Shown here one piece after another: positions 19,122 to 28,975 of a stretch of DNA of 64,000 bases. The stretch lies in assembly GCF_036490025.1 (NCBI RefSeq), contig NZ_DASXEP010000175.1:54335-118334 (forward strand), read 5' to 3'. The notes under the pieces were generated by a model. It ran no database searches and was not told the DNA's origin. It saw only the letters and a program-made list of their open reading frames with translations. Made by a program: the position numbers and the translations under genes. Source of the stretch: Mycobacterium sp. GTDB taxonomy: Bacteria > Actinomycetota > Actinomycetes > Mycobacteriales > Mycobacteriaceae. Each line of letters opens with the position of its first letter. The stretch's first letter is position 1.

Positions 19122-20852
19122 TCAGATATCCACAGTCCGCAGGATCGCGAACGAATGCGGCGCCAACTCGGTACTTTGGTCGCCGACCGCGGGGGAGTCC
19201 GAGCACAGCACCAACTCGCCGGTGCACGGAACACTCGCCGGCTCGGCGCCCAGATTGCAGGCCACCGTGACGCTGCCGCGCCGGATGGCGATCCAGCGGT
19301 GTTCTTCGTCGTAGTCGACGGTCAACTGCTCCAACCACGGGTCGGTCAGGTCGGACTCAGTGCGCCGCAGCGCAATCAGGTCCTGGTAGACCCGTCGGAG
19401 CTTTGCATGCTCGTCGGCGTCGAGTTCGGACCAATCCAGCTTCGAGCGCTGAAAGGTTTGCGGGTTCTGCGGGTCGGGGATGTCGGCGGCGTCCCACCCG
19501 TGAGCGGCGAATTCTTTCTTGCGGCCGGCTGCGGTGGCGCGCGCCAGCTCTGGTTCTGGATGGGAGCTGAAGAATTGGAAAGGCGTTGTCGCTCCCCATT
19601 CTTCCCCCATGAAAAGCATCGCCGTATAGGGAGAACCCAGCACCAGCGCGGCCTTGACTGCCAGCTGGCCGTAGGTCAGGTTTTGCGACGGCCGGTCGCC
19701 GAGCGCGCGGTTGCCGACCTGGTCGTGGGTGCAGGAGTAGGCCAGCAGCCGAGTGGCCGGGATCGTCTCGGTGTCCAACGGCCGACCGTGCCGCCGCTGC
19801 CGGAAAGACGAGTAGGTGGCGGCATGGAAGAAGCCGTGCCGCAACGTCTTTGCCAGGGTGGCCAGTGACCCGAAGTCGGCGTAATAGCCCTGCCGTTCGC
19901 CGGACACCGCGGTGTGGATGGCGTGGTGAATGTCGTCGTCCCACTGGGCGGTCATCCCGTAGCCATGATCAGCAAGCGGAGTGATCATTCGCGGGTCGTT
20001 GATGTCGCTCTCGGCGACCAGTGACAACGGGCGGCCCAGTTGCTCGGCGAGCGCATCGGTTTCGGCGGACAGCTCTTCCAGGATGTGGATCGCGGTGGTG
20101 TCGAAGAGCGCGTGCACCGCATCCAGTCGCAGGCCGTCGGCGTGGAAGTCGCGCATCCAGCGCAGCGCACAGTCGATGATGTAGCGGCGTACCTCATCGG
20201 ACTGGGCGTCGGCGATGTTGATGCCTTCGCCCCACGGGTTACTCGCCGACGACAGGTAGGGCCCGAACCGTGGCAGGTAATTGCCCGACGGGCCCAGGTG
20301 ATTGAACACCGCGTCGATCAACACCCCCAGCCCGCGGCGATGGCAGGCGTCGACAAAACGGACCAGTCCGTCAGGTCCGCCGTAGGGTTCGTGCACGGCG
20401 TACCACAGCACGCCGTCGTATCCCCAGCCGTGCGTGCCGGAGAACGCGTTGACCGGCATCACCTCGACGAAGTCCACACCGAGATCGACCAAGTAGTCCA
20501 GCTTTTCGATCGCCGAGTCGAAAGTACCCGCCGGGGTGAACGTGCCGATGTGCAGCTCGTAGATCAGCGCACCCTGAACCGAACGGCCGATCCAGTCCTC
20601 GTCCGTCCAGTCCTGCTGCGTGGGTTCCCATAGCTGCGAACGGTCATGCACTCCGTCGGGCTGGCGTGGCGATCGCGGGTCGGGCAGCAATGTCGGGTCG
20701 TCGTCCAGCAGATACCCGTAACGCGCATCAGCGGCCGCGTCGACGGTGGCCCGCCACCAGCCGCCGCGATCCCGCGTCATCGACGACACCGCCCCGTCCA
20801 CGTCGAGGCGCACCCGCTCCGGTTTCGGTGCCCACACCGCGAATTCACGCAT
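19122..20852 (-). CDS. treZ: Malto-oligosyltrehalose trehalohydrolase
   Basis: GH13 motifs GVLIDAVFNHLGP, DGLRLDAVHAL, VAESDIND. The ATG at 20852 (MREFAVW) overlaps the treY stop by 8 nt. The ORF-track start at 20927 was rejected. Confidence 0.93.
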   Translation of the reverse strand: MREFAVWAPKPERVRLDVDGAVSSMTRDRGGWWRATVDAAADARYGYLLDDDPTLLPDPRSPRQPDGVHDRSQLWEPTQQDWTDEDWIGRSVQGALIYELHIGTFTPAGTFDSAIEKLDYLVDLGVDFVEVMPVNAFSGTHGWGYDGVLWYAVHEPYGGPDGLVRFVDACHRRGLGVLIDAVFNHLGPSGNYLPRFGPYLSSASNPWGEGINIADAQSDEVRRYIIDCALRWMRDFHADGLRLDAVHALFDTTAIHILEELSAETDALAEQLGRPLSLVAESDINDPRMITPLADHGYGMTAQWDDDIHHAIHTAVSGERQGYYADFGSLATLAKTLRHGFFHAATYSSFRQRRHGRPLDTETIPATRLLAYSCTHDQVGNRALGDRPSQNLTYGQLAVKAALVLGSPYTAMLFMGEEWGATTPFQFFSSHPEPELARATAAGRKKEFAAHGWDAADIPDPQNPQTFQRSKLDWSELDADEHAKLRRVYQDLIALRRTESDLTDPWLEQLTVDYDEEHRWIAIRRGSVTVACNLGAEPASVPCTGELVLCSDSPAVGDQSTELAPHSFAILRTVDI

Positions 20853-23142
20853 CGACGCGCTCCAACAGGGCCACCGGCAGATCGGCGAACAACTCCGCGG
20901 CCGGCAACGTCCCGCAAACCTCCGCACCGGTCAGCGCGTTGGTCCACGCGCCGTCCGGCAGCGTGACAGCCGTGTCGCCCCAACCGGCCTGCTCGAGATG
21001 CACCGTCCAGCGGGTGACCGCGACCAGCACGTCGTCGCCGCGCCGGAGCGCCACCACGTGGTTTGCCGCCTCGCCCGCTGCCGGCAACGGATGATAGTCG
21101 CCGCGCAAGAAGGAGTCCGGGCGCGCACGCCGTAGCCGCAGGGCGGCCCTGACAACGCGAAGTTTGTTGTGCTGCATGGATTTCAGCGCTGCACGCCGGG
21201 CGGCGTAATCCACCCGGCGCCGGTTGTCCGGGTCGACCAGGCAGTCGTCCCACAACTCGGTGCCCTGATAGATGTCGGGGACACCGGGGGCGGTCAGCGC
21301 CAGCAGCTTCTGGCCCAGCGCGTCGTTCTCGGCATGCGACCGCAACCGGACCACCAGGGTGGTCAGCTCGCGTGCTACCGGACCGTCCAGCACCGCGTCC
21401 AGCCAACGATGCACCGACCCCTCGAAGTCAGCGTCCGGGTCGTCCCAGGAGGTATGCCAGGCCGCTTCCCGGATGGCCTTCTCGGCGTAGGCATGCAACC
21501 GGTCGCGCAGCTCGGCGGTGACCTCGCCGTCCGTGGGCCACACGCCGAAGATGTTCTGCCACAGAAACAATCCGGTCGCCGGGTCGGGGGAAGGGGTAGT
21601 GGACTCCCAGCGAGCGACGAACTCGGACCATAGCGACGGCACCTGCGACAGCACACTGATGCGGGCCCGGACATCCTCGCCACGCTTGGTGTCATGGGTG
21701 GTCAGCGCGGTCATGGCGTGCGGCCACAGCCGGGCGCGGGTTGTGGCGCGCGAATGGAATTCGGCGAGACCGACGCCGAATTCCCGTGGTTCGCCGCCGA
21801 CTTCGTTGAGCGACACCAGCCGAGCGTCACGGTAGAACAGGCAATCCTCAACGGCCTTGGCGGTGACCGCACCGCAGAGCTGCTGCAGTCGCACCGCGGC
21901 CTCGCCACCGTCGGCCACCGCGGCGGCGATCAGCTGCAGCGGGACGTCCAATTCTGGTGCAGCAGCGGTGGTTGCCGCCAAAGCAACGGGCAATACCGCC
22001 GCCAGCCCGCGATAGTCGCTGCGGTAGACGTCCACATGGGTCAGTAACGCCGCCACCGCGTCAGACAGCCGGGGGTGCTCGACGCCGGCTGCCGCGACGA
22101 TGCAGCGCCCCAGCCGGCCCAGTTCACTGCCCAGCGTCTTGGTAGCCGCGGCGACCTTGAGCTCGGCCAGCATGGTCGGCATCAGCGAGTAGTCGACGCC
22201 GGCGGATTCCAGCAGTGCGGTCAGGGCCTGCGCCCCCTTCGGATCGACGAAAACTCCGCCGATCTCTCGGAGCGCGTCATAGCCCGTCGTCCCGGCGATC
22301 GGCAAGCTCGGCTCCAGCGCCTCGTCGACGGCGAGAATCTTCTCGATCACGATCCACGCGTCGGGGCCTACCAGTTCGCGCAGCGCGCGAAGATACGCCG
22401 ACGGATCCGCCAAACCGTCGGGATGGTCGATGCGCACCCCGTCGACGAGCCCCTCGGCGAACCAACGACCCACCTCGGCGTGGCTGGCGTCGAACACTGA
22501 CGGATCCTCTTGGCGGAGCCCGGCCAGCGAGGTGATCGAGAAGAACCGGCGATACCCGGTCAGCCGGTTGCGCCAGCCGATCAGCCGGTAATGCTGCCGG
22601 TCGTGCACCTGCGGGCCGCTACCGTGGCCGGTGCCCGGTGCGATCGGCAGCGCCAGATCGCCGAGCCGCAGCCGGTCTCCGTCGACGGTGAGGTCGGCGG
22701 CGTCGTCGTCAGAACCCAGCAGCGGCAGCATAATCCGGCCATCGCCAAGCTCCCAGTCGATGTCGAAGAACGATGAGTACTCCGAGGATCGGCCGTGCCG
22801 CAGCACGTCCCACCACCACGAATTCTGCTCGGGCTTGTCTACCCCGACATGGTTGGGCACGACATCGACGATCAGACCCATACCGCGAGCGCGCGCCGCC
22901 GTCGACAGCCGTGCCAGACCCGCTGCGCCGCCGAGTTCGGCCGACACCGTTGTCGGGTCGGTCACGTCGTAGCCATGCCCGGACCCGCTGACCGCGGTCA
23001 AAATCGGCGACAGATACAGGTGCGACACCCCGAGATCGTCAAGGTAATCCAACAGATTCTCGGCATCTGCGAAAGTGAAGGCGAACCCGCTGGCGGCGCC
23101 CCGCAGCTGCAGCCGGTAGGTGGACAGTACCGGAAAAGCCAT
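20845..23142 (-). CDS. treY: Malto-oligosyltrehalose synthase
   Basis: 765 aa with LYLSPILTA..GSGHGYDV and GLIVDVVPNHVG. Confidence 0.93.
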   Translation of the reverse strand: MAFPVLSTYRLQLRGAASGFAFTFADAENLLDYLDDLGVSHLYLSPILTAVSGSGHGYDVTDPTTVSAELGGAAGLARLSTAARARGMGLIVDVVPNHVGVDKPEQNSWWWDVLRHGRSSEYSSFFDIDWELGDGRIMLPLLGSDDDAADLTVDGDRLRLGDLALPIAPGTGHGSGPQVHDRQHYRLIGWRNRLTGYRRFFSITSLAGLRQEDPSVFDASHAEVGRWFAEGLVDGVRIDHPDGLADPSAYLRALRELVGPDAWIVIEKILAVDEALEPSLPIAGTTGYDALREIGGVFVDPKGAQALTALLESAGVDYSLMPTMLAELKVAAATKTLGSELGRLGRCIVAAAGVEHPRLSDAVAALLTHVDVYRSDYRGLAAVLPVALAATTAAAPELDVPLQLIAAAVADGGEAAVRLQQLCGAVTAKAVEDCLFYRDARLVSLNEVGGEPREFGVGLAEFHSRATTRARLWPHAMTALTTHDTKRGEDVRARISVLSQVPSLWSEFVARWESTTPSPDPATGLFLWQNIFGVWPTDGEVTAELRDRLHAYAEKAIREAAWHTSWDDPDADFEGSVHRWLDAVLDGPVARELTTLVVRLRSHAENDALGQKLLALTAPGVPDIYQGTELWDDCLVDPDNRRRVDYAARRAALKSMQHNKLRVVRAALRLRRARPDSFLRGDYHPLPAAGEAANHVVALRRGDDVLVAVTRWTVHLEQAGWGDTAVTLPDGAWTNALTGAEVCGTLPAAELFADLPVALLERVDA

Positions 23143-23145
23143 GCG

Positions 23146-25326
23146 TTACTGGGTCTTACGGAATACGAGCAATGCCCGCCCGGGAAGTGAAACATCGTCG
23201 CCGTCGTTGACGACCAGCGTCACCGAACCGCTGGCATCGGTGGTGTCCAGGACGGCGGTCCACTCTTTGGCGTAGTCATCAGAGGGAATGACGAAATCCA
23301 CCTCGTGATCGTGGGCGTTGAAGCACATCAGGAACGACTCGTCGATCACCCGCTCGCCGCGCGCATTGGGTTCGGGGATGGCTTGGCCGTTGAGGAACAC
23401 CGCGACGCTCTTGCCGAATTCGCCGCCCCAGTCCTGATGTTGCATCTCCTTGCCTGCCGGGGTCAGCCAGGCGATATCGCGTACTTCGTCACCGCTGCGA
23501 ATCGGCTCACCGTCGAAGAACCGGCGGCGACGGAACACCGGATGGGCGGCGCGCAACGCGGTGACCTTGCGGGTGAAGTCCAGTAGCTCACTATTCTCGT
23601 CGACCAACGACCAGTCCATCCAAGACAATTCGGAGTCCTGGCAGTAGACGTTGTTGTTGCCGTTTTGGCTGCGACCGATCTCGTCGCCGTGGGCGATCAT
23701 CGGCGTGCCCTGGCTGAGCATCAGCGTCGCCATGATGTTGCGCATCTGCCGGCGGCGCAGGTCCAGGATCGCCGGATCATCGGTCGGGCCCTCGACACCG
23801 CAATTCCATGAGCGGTTGTGGCTTTCGCCGTCCTGGTTGTTCTCGCCGTTGGCTTCATTGTGCTTCTCGTTGTAGGACACCAGATCGTTGAGTGTGAATC
23901 CGTCATGAGCCACAACGAAATTGATACTCGCGCTGGGCCGCCGACCGGTCGCCTCGTAGAGGTCCGACGACCCGGTCAGCCGGGACGCGAACTCGCCCAG
24001 TGTCGCGGGCTCGCCCCGCCAGTAGTCACGCACGGTATCGCGGTATTTCCCGTTCCATTCGGTCCACAAACCTGGGAAATTGCCGACCTGGTAGCCGCCT
24101 TCGCCGACGTCCCACGGCTCGGCGATCAACTTGACCTGGCTGACCACCGGATCTTGTTGCACGAGATCGAAAAATGCGCTGAGTCGGTCCACGTCGTAGA
24201 ACTCGCGGGCCAGCGTGGAGGCGAGGTCGAAGCGGAAGCCGTCGACGTGCATCTCGCTCACCCAGTAGCGCAGCGAATCCATGATCAGCTGCAGGGTGTG
24301 CGGGTTACGGGCGTTGAGGCTGTTGCCGGTGCCGGTGAAATCCTTGTATAACCGCAGATCCTCGTCGACGAGCCGGTAGTAGGCGGCGTTGTCGATGCCG
24401 CGGAAGTTGATCGTGGGGCCGAGGTGGTTGCCTTCGGCGGTGTGGTTGTACACCACGTCGAGGATGACCTCGATGCCCTGCTCGTGAAACGCCCGGACCA
24501 TGGCCTTGAATTCGGGCACCGCACCGCCGCCCTGTGGGTTGGCGGCGTACTGGCTGTGCGGTGCGAAGAATCCGAAAGTGTTGTAGCCCCAGTAGTTTCG
24601 CAGACCCAAATCCAGCAGGCGGTGGTCGTGTAAGAACTGATGCACCGGCATCAGTTCGATCGCGGTCACATTCAGCGATTTGAGGTGCTCGATGACCGCC
24701 GGGTGAGACAGGCCGGCGTAGGTACCGCGCAGCGCTTCGGGGACCGCGGGATGGGTCTGCGTCATTCCTTTGACGTGTGCCTCGTAGATCACCGTCTCGT
24801 GGTACGGCGTGCGCGGCGCGCGATCGGCCGCCCAATCGAAAAACGGATTGATCACGACGCTGGTCATCGTGTGGCCGCGCGAATCGACATGCGGCGGAGT
24901 GCCGGTCTCGTCAGGGTCCTCGGCCGCAACGGTCAGGTCGTAGGAGAACAACGCCTGGCCGAAGGAGAACTCGCCCTCGAACGACTTGCCGTATGGGTCG
25001 AGCAGCAGCTTGCTGGGGTCACACCGGTGGCCGGCCGACGGCTCGAACGGACCGTGCACCCGATAGCCGTAGCGTTGGCCCGGGCTGACGTTGGGCAGGT
25101 AGGCGTGCCACACATACCCGTCGACCTCGTCGAGGCAGATGCGCGATTCTTCACCGTCAGCGCCGATCAGGCACAACTCGACTTTGTCGGCGATCTCGGA
25201 GAACACCGCGAAGTTGGTGCCGCCGCCGTCGAAGTTCGCGCCCAGTGGATAGCTGCTCCCGGGCCACACCGTGGCCAGCTGGGGCGGAGATGCCGCGGCG
25301 CCACTGTTGGGTTCGGACGGAGGCAT
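23146..25326 (-). CDS. treX: Glycogen debranching enzyme (GlgX/TreX)
   Basis: 726 aa. Motifs IEVILDVVYNHTAEG, VDGFRFDLA, KLIAEPWD. Stops 3 bp before the treY start. Confidence 0.93.
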   Translation of the reverse strand: MPPSEPNSGAAASPPQLATVWPGSSYPLGANFDGGGTNFAVFSEIADKVELCLIGADGEESRICLDEVDGYVWHAYLPNVSPGQRYGYRVHGPFEPSAGHRCDPSKLLLDPYGKSFEGEFSFGQALFSYDLTVAAEDPDETGTPPHVDSRGHTMTSVVINPFFDWAADRAPRTPYHETVIYEAHVKGMTQTHPAVPEALRGTYAGLSHPAVIEHLKSLNVTAIELMPVHQFLHDHRLLDLGLRNYWGYNTFGFFAPHSQYAANPQGGGAVPEFKAMVRAFHEQGIEVILDVVYNHTAEGNHLGPTINFRGIDNAAYYRLVDEDLRLYKDFTGTGNSLNARNPHTLQLIMDSLRYWVSEMHVDGFRFDLASTLAREFYDVDRLSAFFDLVQQDPVVSQVKLIAEPWDVGEGGYQVGNFPGLWTEWNGKYRDTVRDYWRGEPATLGEFASRLTGSSDLYEATGRRPSASINFVVAHDGFTLNDLVSYNEKHNEANGENNQDGESHNRSWNCGVEGPTDDPAILDLRRRQMRNIMATLMLSQGTPMIAHGDEIGRSQNGNNNVYCQDSELSWMDWSLVDENSELLDFTRKVTALRAAHPVFRRRRFFDGEPIRSGDEVRDIAWLTPAGKEMQHQDWGGEFGKSVAVFLNGQAIPEPNARGERVIDESFLMCFNAHDHEVDFVIPSDDYAKEWTAVLDTTDASGSVTLVVNDGDDVSLPGRALLVFRKTQ

Positions 25327-25383
25327 CTCTCGACCTTAGTGGCGATGGCCCGGATCTGGCCGTCCGGGCGTTCGGCGAGCGCG

Positions 25384-27552
25384 TCACCACCAACCGGTGG
25401 CCGGACCGATCTGCCGGCCCAGCTCGTTGGTCATGGTGCGCACATAGGTAGCCGACAGGTGGTGAGCGTCGTGATATACCAACACGTTTCCCTCAACGGC
25501 AGGGCAGATCTCGGCGCGGCAAACCGCATCGCTCATGTCCAACGGCTTGAGCATCGGGAACTGCTCGACCCAGTCGAGGGTGGGGTTGTGGTCGGCGAGC
25601 ACATCGGAGCGCTTGATTCCACACGACACCGCGTCGCCGCCTTTGGCCAGGCAGTCCGACGGGTTGAACGGCTGACCGTCTTTGACCAACCACGGGGTGT
25701 CGCGCATGGCGAGAATCGGAATGTTGTTGTCGGAGAACGTCTGCCAGATCCCGACATAGGTCCCCGGCATCACGTCGCCGGCCTTGATGTTCCACGGCCG
25801 CGTCGAGGTGGTGAACACGAAGTCCGGATGGTCGGCCACCACCTGTGCCATCGCCTTGGGCACCCAGTCGCGGCATTCCGGGTAGGGCGCATTGTTTCCC
25901 ATCACCAACGGCATCTGCTCGGTGGACAGCGCGCAGCCCATTTTGAGGTAGGTGGTGACCTTGAAGTGATGTCGCCGGCCGAGGACGTCCAGCGCCGTCA
26001 GCCAGTGCTCGGCGTGCGAGCCGCCGGCGAGCGCGATGGTGCGGGTGGCGTTCTTGTCGCCGTAGGTGCACTTGATCACCGTGGTGTTGGAAAAGTCGCC
26101 GATGCAGCCGTCGCGGGTGGAGGGCGGGTAGTCCGTCTGGGCCTCCAGCACCGTGGGCCGCATCCGCAGGCGGGGCACTCGCACATGCTTGACGAGCGCG
26201 CGGGCACCGGGATAGTCGCTGGTACTCAGTGCGCTGAGTTCTTTGCCGCTGGCGCGTTCGACGCTGACATGCTCGCGCCAGGTGAATGCCGTCGCGGTGA
26301 GCGTCACGCCCAGCAGCCCGACCACCGATCCCAGCACCATCGTGGGGCGGCGCAGCCGTGTCCGCCAAGGCACGGCCCGCGTCGGCTGGGGCGCAGGATT
26401 GGCGGCTCCGCGATGCCGCAGCGGCTCTTCGATGTACAGGTTGGTCCAGTAGGCCAGCACTCCGGAGATCAGCAGAACGGCGGTGCCCTCGACGAACTTG
26501 GCGTGCGCATGACCGGTGTAGGCGAGCCAGAAGATCAGCAGCGGCCAGTGCCACAGGTACAGCGAGTAGGCCATCGCGCCGAGTCGGACCAGCGGACCCG
26601 TCGCCAGCAGCCGGTTGGGTAGCGGCAGCCTGTCACGGGTCGTCGGGTCAGCCTGACGGTTGGCGCCGGCCAGGATGAACAGCACGGCAGCGCCGACGGG
26701 GACCAGCGCCCACGGGCCGGGGAACTGCTTGACACCGTTGATCAGCGCGCCGCAGGACAGCACCGCGGCCAAGGCGATGGTGGCGGCCGCCGTGCGCAGC
26801 CACATCGGCCACCGGACGTAAGGCACCAGCGCGCCGACGAGTGCGCCCAGCAGCAACTCCCATGCCCGCGCAAAGCTGTTGTAGTAGGCGGTCGCCTGGT
26901 TGGCCTGGTGGGCGATGATCGCGTAGCTGAACGACGCCACCATCAGCACGCTCAGCACCAGCACGAACGCCGTCCGTAGCCGGTCGCCGAGTCGGCGCCG
27001 GAACAGGACCGCGAAACCGAAGATCAGCGCCAAAAATGCGATGTAGAACTGTCCTTGCACCGACATCGACCAGATGTGCTGCAACGGGCTGACGGCTTCG
27101 CCGGCCCGCAGGTAGTCGGCCACCGTGCCGGCCAGCTCCCAGTTCTGGTAGTAGCCGAGGCTGGCCAGACTCTGGTCGGCGAAGGTCTCCCAGCGGGTCT
27201 CCGGCTGGATCAGGATGGTCAGTAGCGCGCAGCCGGCCAGCACCACCACCAGGGCCGGCAGCAGTCGGCGCACCAGCCGAACGACTTCGGGTACCGGTGA
27301 CAGCGACGACGCCGGATTGAGTGCCGCGCGAAGCAGTTTGCCGCCGAAGAAGAACCCCGAGAGAGCCAAGAACACGTCCACGCCGCCGGAAACCCGGCCG
27401 AACCACACGTGGAACATCGCCACCAACGCGATGGCAATGCCACGCAGCCCGTCCAGGTCGTGGCGGTAGAACGCCGTTGCCCGCTTATCCGTCGCGGGCT
27501 GCGCGGGGTGCGCAGCGCCTGCGTCGGGCGGGCGGGTCAGGGAGACAGTCAT
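25384..27552 (-). CDS. Acyltransferase-3 family membrane protein with C-terminal SGNH domain (Rv1565c-like)
   Basis: 722 aa. The N-terminal half is polytopic (about 10 TM; FHVWFGRVSGGVDVFLALSGF). The C-terminal half is a soluble domain. Confidence 0.85.
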   Translation of the reverse strand: MTVSLTRPPDAGAAHPAQPATDKRATAFYRHDLDGLRGIAIALVAMFHVWFGRVSGGVDVFLALSGFFFGGKLLRAALNPASSLSPVPEVVRLVRRLLPALVVVLAGCALLTILIQPETRWETFADQSLASLGYYQNWELAGTVADYLRAGEAVSPLQHIWSMSVQGQFYIAFLALIFGFAVLFRRRLGDRLRTAFVLVLSVLMVASFSYAIIAHQANQATAYYNSFARAWELLLGALVGALVPYVRWPMWLRTAAATIALAAVLSCGALINGVKQFPGPWALVPVGAAVLFILAGANRQADPTTRDRLPLPNRLLATGPLVRLGAMAYSLYLWHWPLLIFWLAYTGHAHAKFVEGTAVLLISGVLAYWTNLYIEEPLRHRGAANPAPQPTRAVPWRTRLRRPTMVLGSVVGLLGVTLTATAFTWREHVSVERASGKELSALSTSDYPGARALVKHVRVPRLRMRPTVLEAQTDYPPSTRDGCIGDFSNTTVIKCTYGDKNATRTIALAGGSHAEHWLTALDVLGRRHHFKVTTYLKMGCALSTEQMPLVMGNNAPYPECRDWVPKAMAQVVADHPDFVFTTSTRPWNIKAGDVMPGTYVGIWQTFSDNNIPILAMRDTPWLVKDGQPFNPSDCLAKGGDAVSCGIKRSDVLADHNPTLDWVEQFPMLKPLDMSDAVCRAEICPAVEGNVLVYHDAHHLSATYVRTMTNELGRQIGPATGWW

Positions 27553-27620
27553 GGTTGACAGACAATTTACCTAACCCGCCGGCCACCCCGCGTGTTCGTA
27601 AACCGGCGGTCAGCTCCCGG

Positions 27621-28136
27621 TCAGGACTCCAGGATCCGGGTCAGGTACGGAGTCATTCCATTGGTGCGCGCCGGCGAGACCGTGACGGCAGGCTCGGTGG
27701 CCTCGATCATCTGGCCGTTGCCGAGGTACATCGACACGCTCTGCGTGCCGCCGGGGCCATAGCACATCAGGTCGCCCGGGCGCGCCTGCGCGGGCGGTAC
27801 TTTGCGGCCGATGTTGCATTGTTCGGCCGAGGTCCGCGGCATCTTGATACCGGCGCCCGCATAGGCGTACTGGATCAGGCCGGAGGCATCGAAGCCCACG
27901 ATGTTGGCTTTCAGCCCGGTGCCGCGGGTGGGACCTGCGGCGTTGCCGCCGCCATACAGGAACGGCACGCCGCGCTGGGAAAGCGCACGCTGAATCGCGT
28001 AGCTGGTTGACTGCTGGTAGCCCACCAGCGTCGGGCCGTCCGGATCGGCGCCCGCGATGTGGGGGTTGACCATCGGCAGCGTCAACAACAGGGCCAGGCT
28101 GAGCGGGACGGCGTAGTTGCGTCTCATGTTGATCAC
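27621..28136 (-). CDS. ripD: NlpC/P60-domain protein lacking the catalytic Cys and His (RipD-like)
   Basis: 171 aa with a signal peptide. The domain aligns with RipA/RipB-type NlpC/P60, but FDCSG is FDASG and the catalytic-His position (QHV) is QSV. Confidence 0.8.
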   Translation of the reverse strand: MINMRRNYAVPLSLALLLTLPMVNPHIAGADPDGPTLVGYQQSTSYAIQRALSQRGVPFLYGGGNAAGPTRGTGLKANIVGFDASGLIQYAYAGAGIKMPRTSAEQCNIGRKVPPAQARPGDLMCYGPGGTQSVSMYLGNGQMIEATEPAVTVSPARTNGMTPYLTRILES

Positions 28137-28443
28137 CTCTCTGTGGCTTCAGCGCGGTGACTTCACGCTTCCGCCGCCGTTCCCGGTTCACCACGGAGAC
28201 TCATACGCCGGCCCGCCCCGTTGGAGGCCGCACGCCGCCACCTCGATCCAGCGCGGATCTGGGAGCGGTGCCCGTCGGTGAACCGCTGAATTCACAACAG
28301 TCACTACAGACACTGTGGCAACAAACTGCCGCCGCAGCCACCGCACGGGCCCTCTGAGCTGGATTTTTTGTCGTACCGTGACCCAACGGTGATCGGCTGC
28401 ATGCCGGAGCCTCAATCCTGCGGGCGCAGCTGTGATTTCGCTC

Positions 28444-28884
28444 TCATTCGCCGACGTCGACGGTCTCGGGTCCGCTATGCCAGTACGTGCTGCTGAAGTC
28501 GGTCAGCGCCGAGCCGGTCGCGGAGCTGAACAGCACGAGCGAGATCGCCAAAATCGGCCAGAAGGACAGATACCACCCCTTCAGCAGCGACACCAACGGG
28601 CCGATCAGCGCGGCTGCGATCGCAGCGCCGACGCCGCCCCACACCACCGGGTAGATGTATAAATCGACGCCGAACGGGGCCGGCGGACAGTCGCCGGTGC
28701 AGACGTCCTTGAGGAAGCCGAAAAGTGTGGAATACCATTCGGTCCCGAACGCGACCGCCGCAAGCAGCGCCAGCAACCCGAGCAACGAGAGGACGTCCCA
28801 TCCGACCAGCCGCAGCCGCAGCCGCGGCAGGGAGCCGGCGTGGTGGCCCGGGGGCGGGTCGTCGAACTGCTGCGGCGAGGCCAT
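28444..28884 (-). CDS. Small integral membrane protein (Rv1567c-like)
   Basis: 146 aa with 3-4 hydrophobic helices. Divergent from bioA. Confidence 0.5.
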   Translation of the reverse strand: MASPQQFDDPPPGHHAGSLPRLRLRLVGWDVLSLLGLLALLAAVAFGTEWYSTLFGFLKDVCTGDCPPAPFGVDLYIYPVVWGGVGAAIAAALIGPLVSLLKGWYLSFWPILAISLVLFSSATGSALTDFSSTYWHSGPETVDVGE

Positions 28885-28975
28885 GGTGGTTCAATGCTGC
28901 CGGATGTCCGGGTTTTCTGCGACCGAACGCCTCGCCGGCTATGGCGCGCGTCGGGCTGCTTTACCCTCGTTCTCT

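Noticed and set aside
27553-27620. A CCGCCGG-N20-CCGGCGG inverted repeat between ripD and the acyltransferase gene.
   Set aside because: The 20-nt loop and lack of a U-tract make it an unconvincing terminator, and such GC-rich 7-mers are common in this genome type. Noted but not supportable as a feature.
28655-28975. A 107-codon N-terminal extension of the bioA frame. Similar upstream extensions occur in the nadA (41888-42115), trpE (55534-55821), trpA, hisI, impA, trpC and nrtR frames.
   Set aside because: The extensions overlap neighbouring genes and lack homology to the known N-termini. Internal starts give lengths and N-terminal sequences that match the families, often with start/stop coupling or a clear SD.
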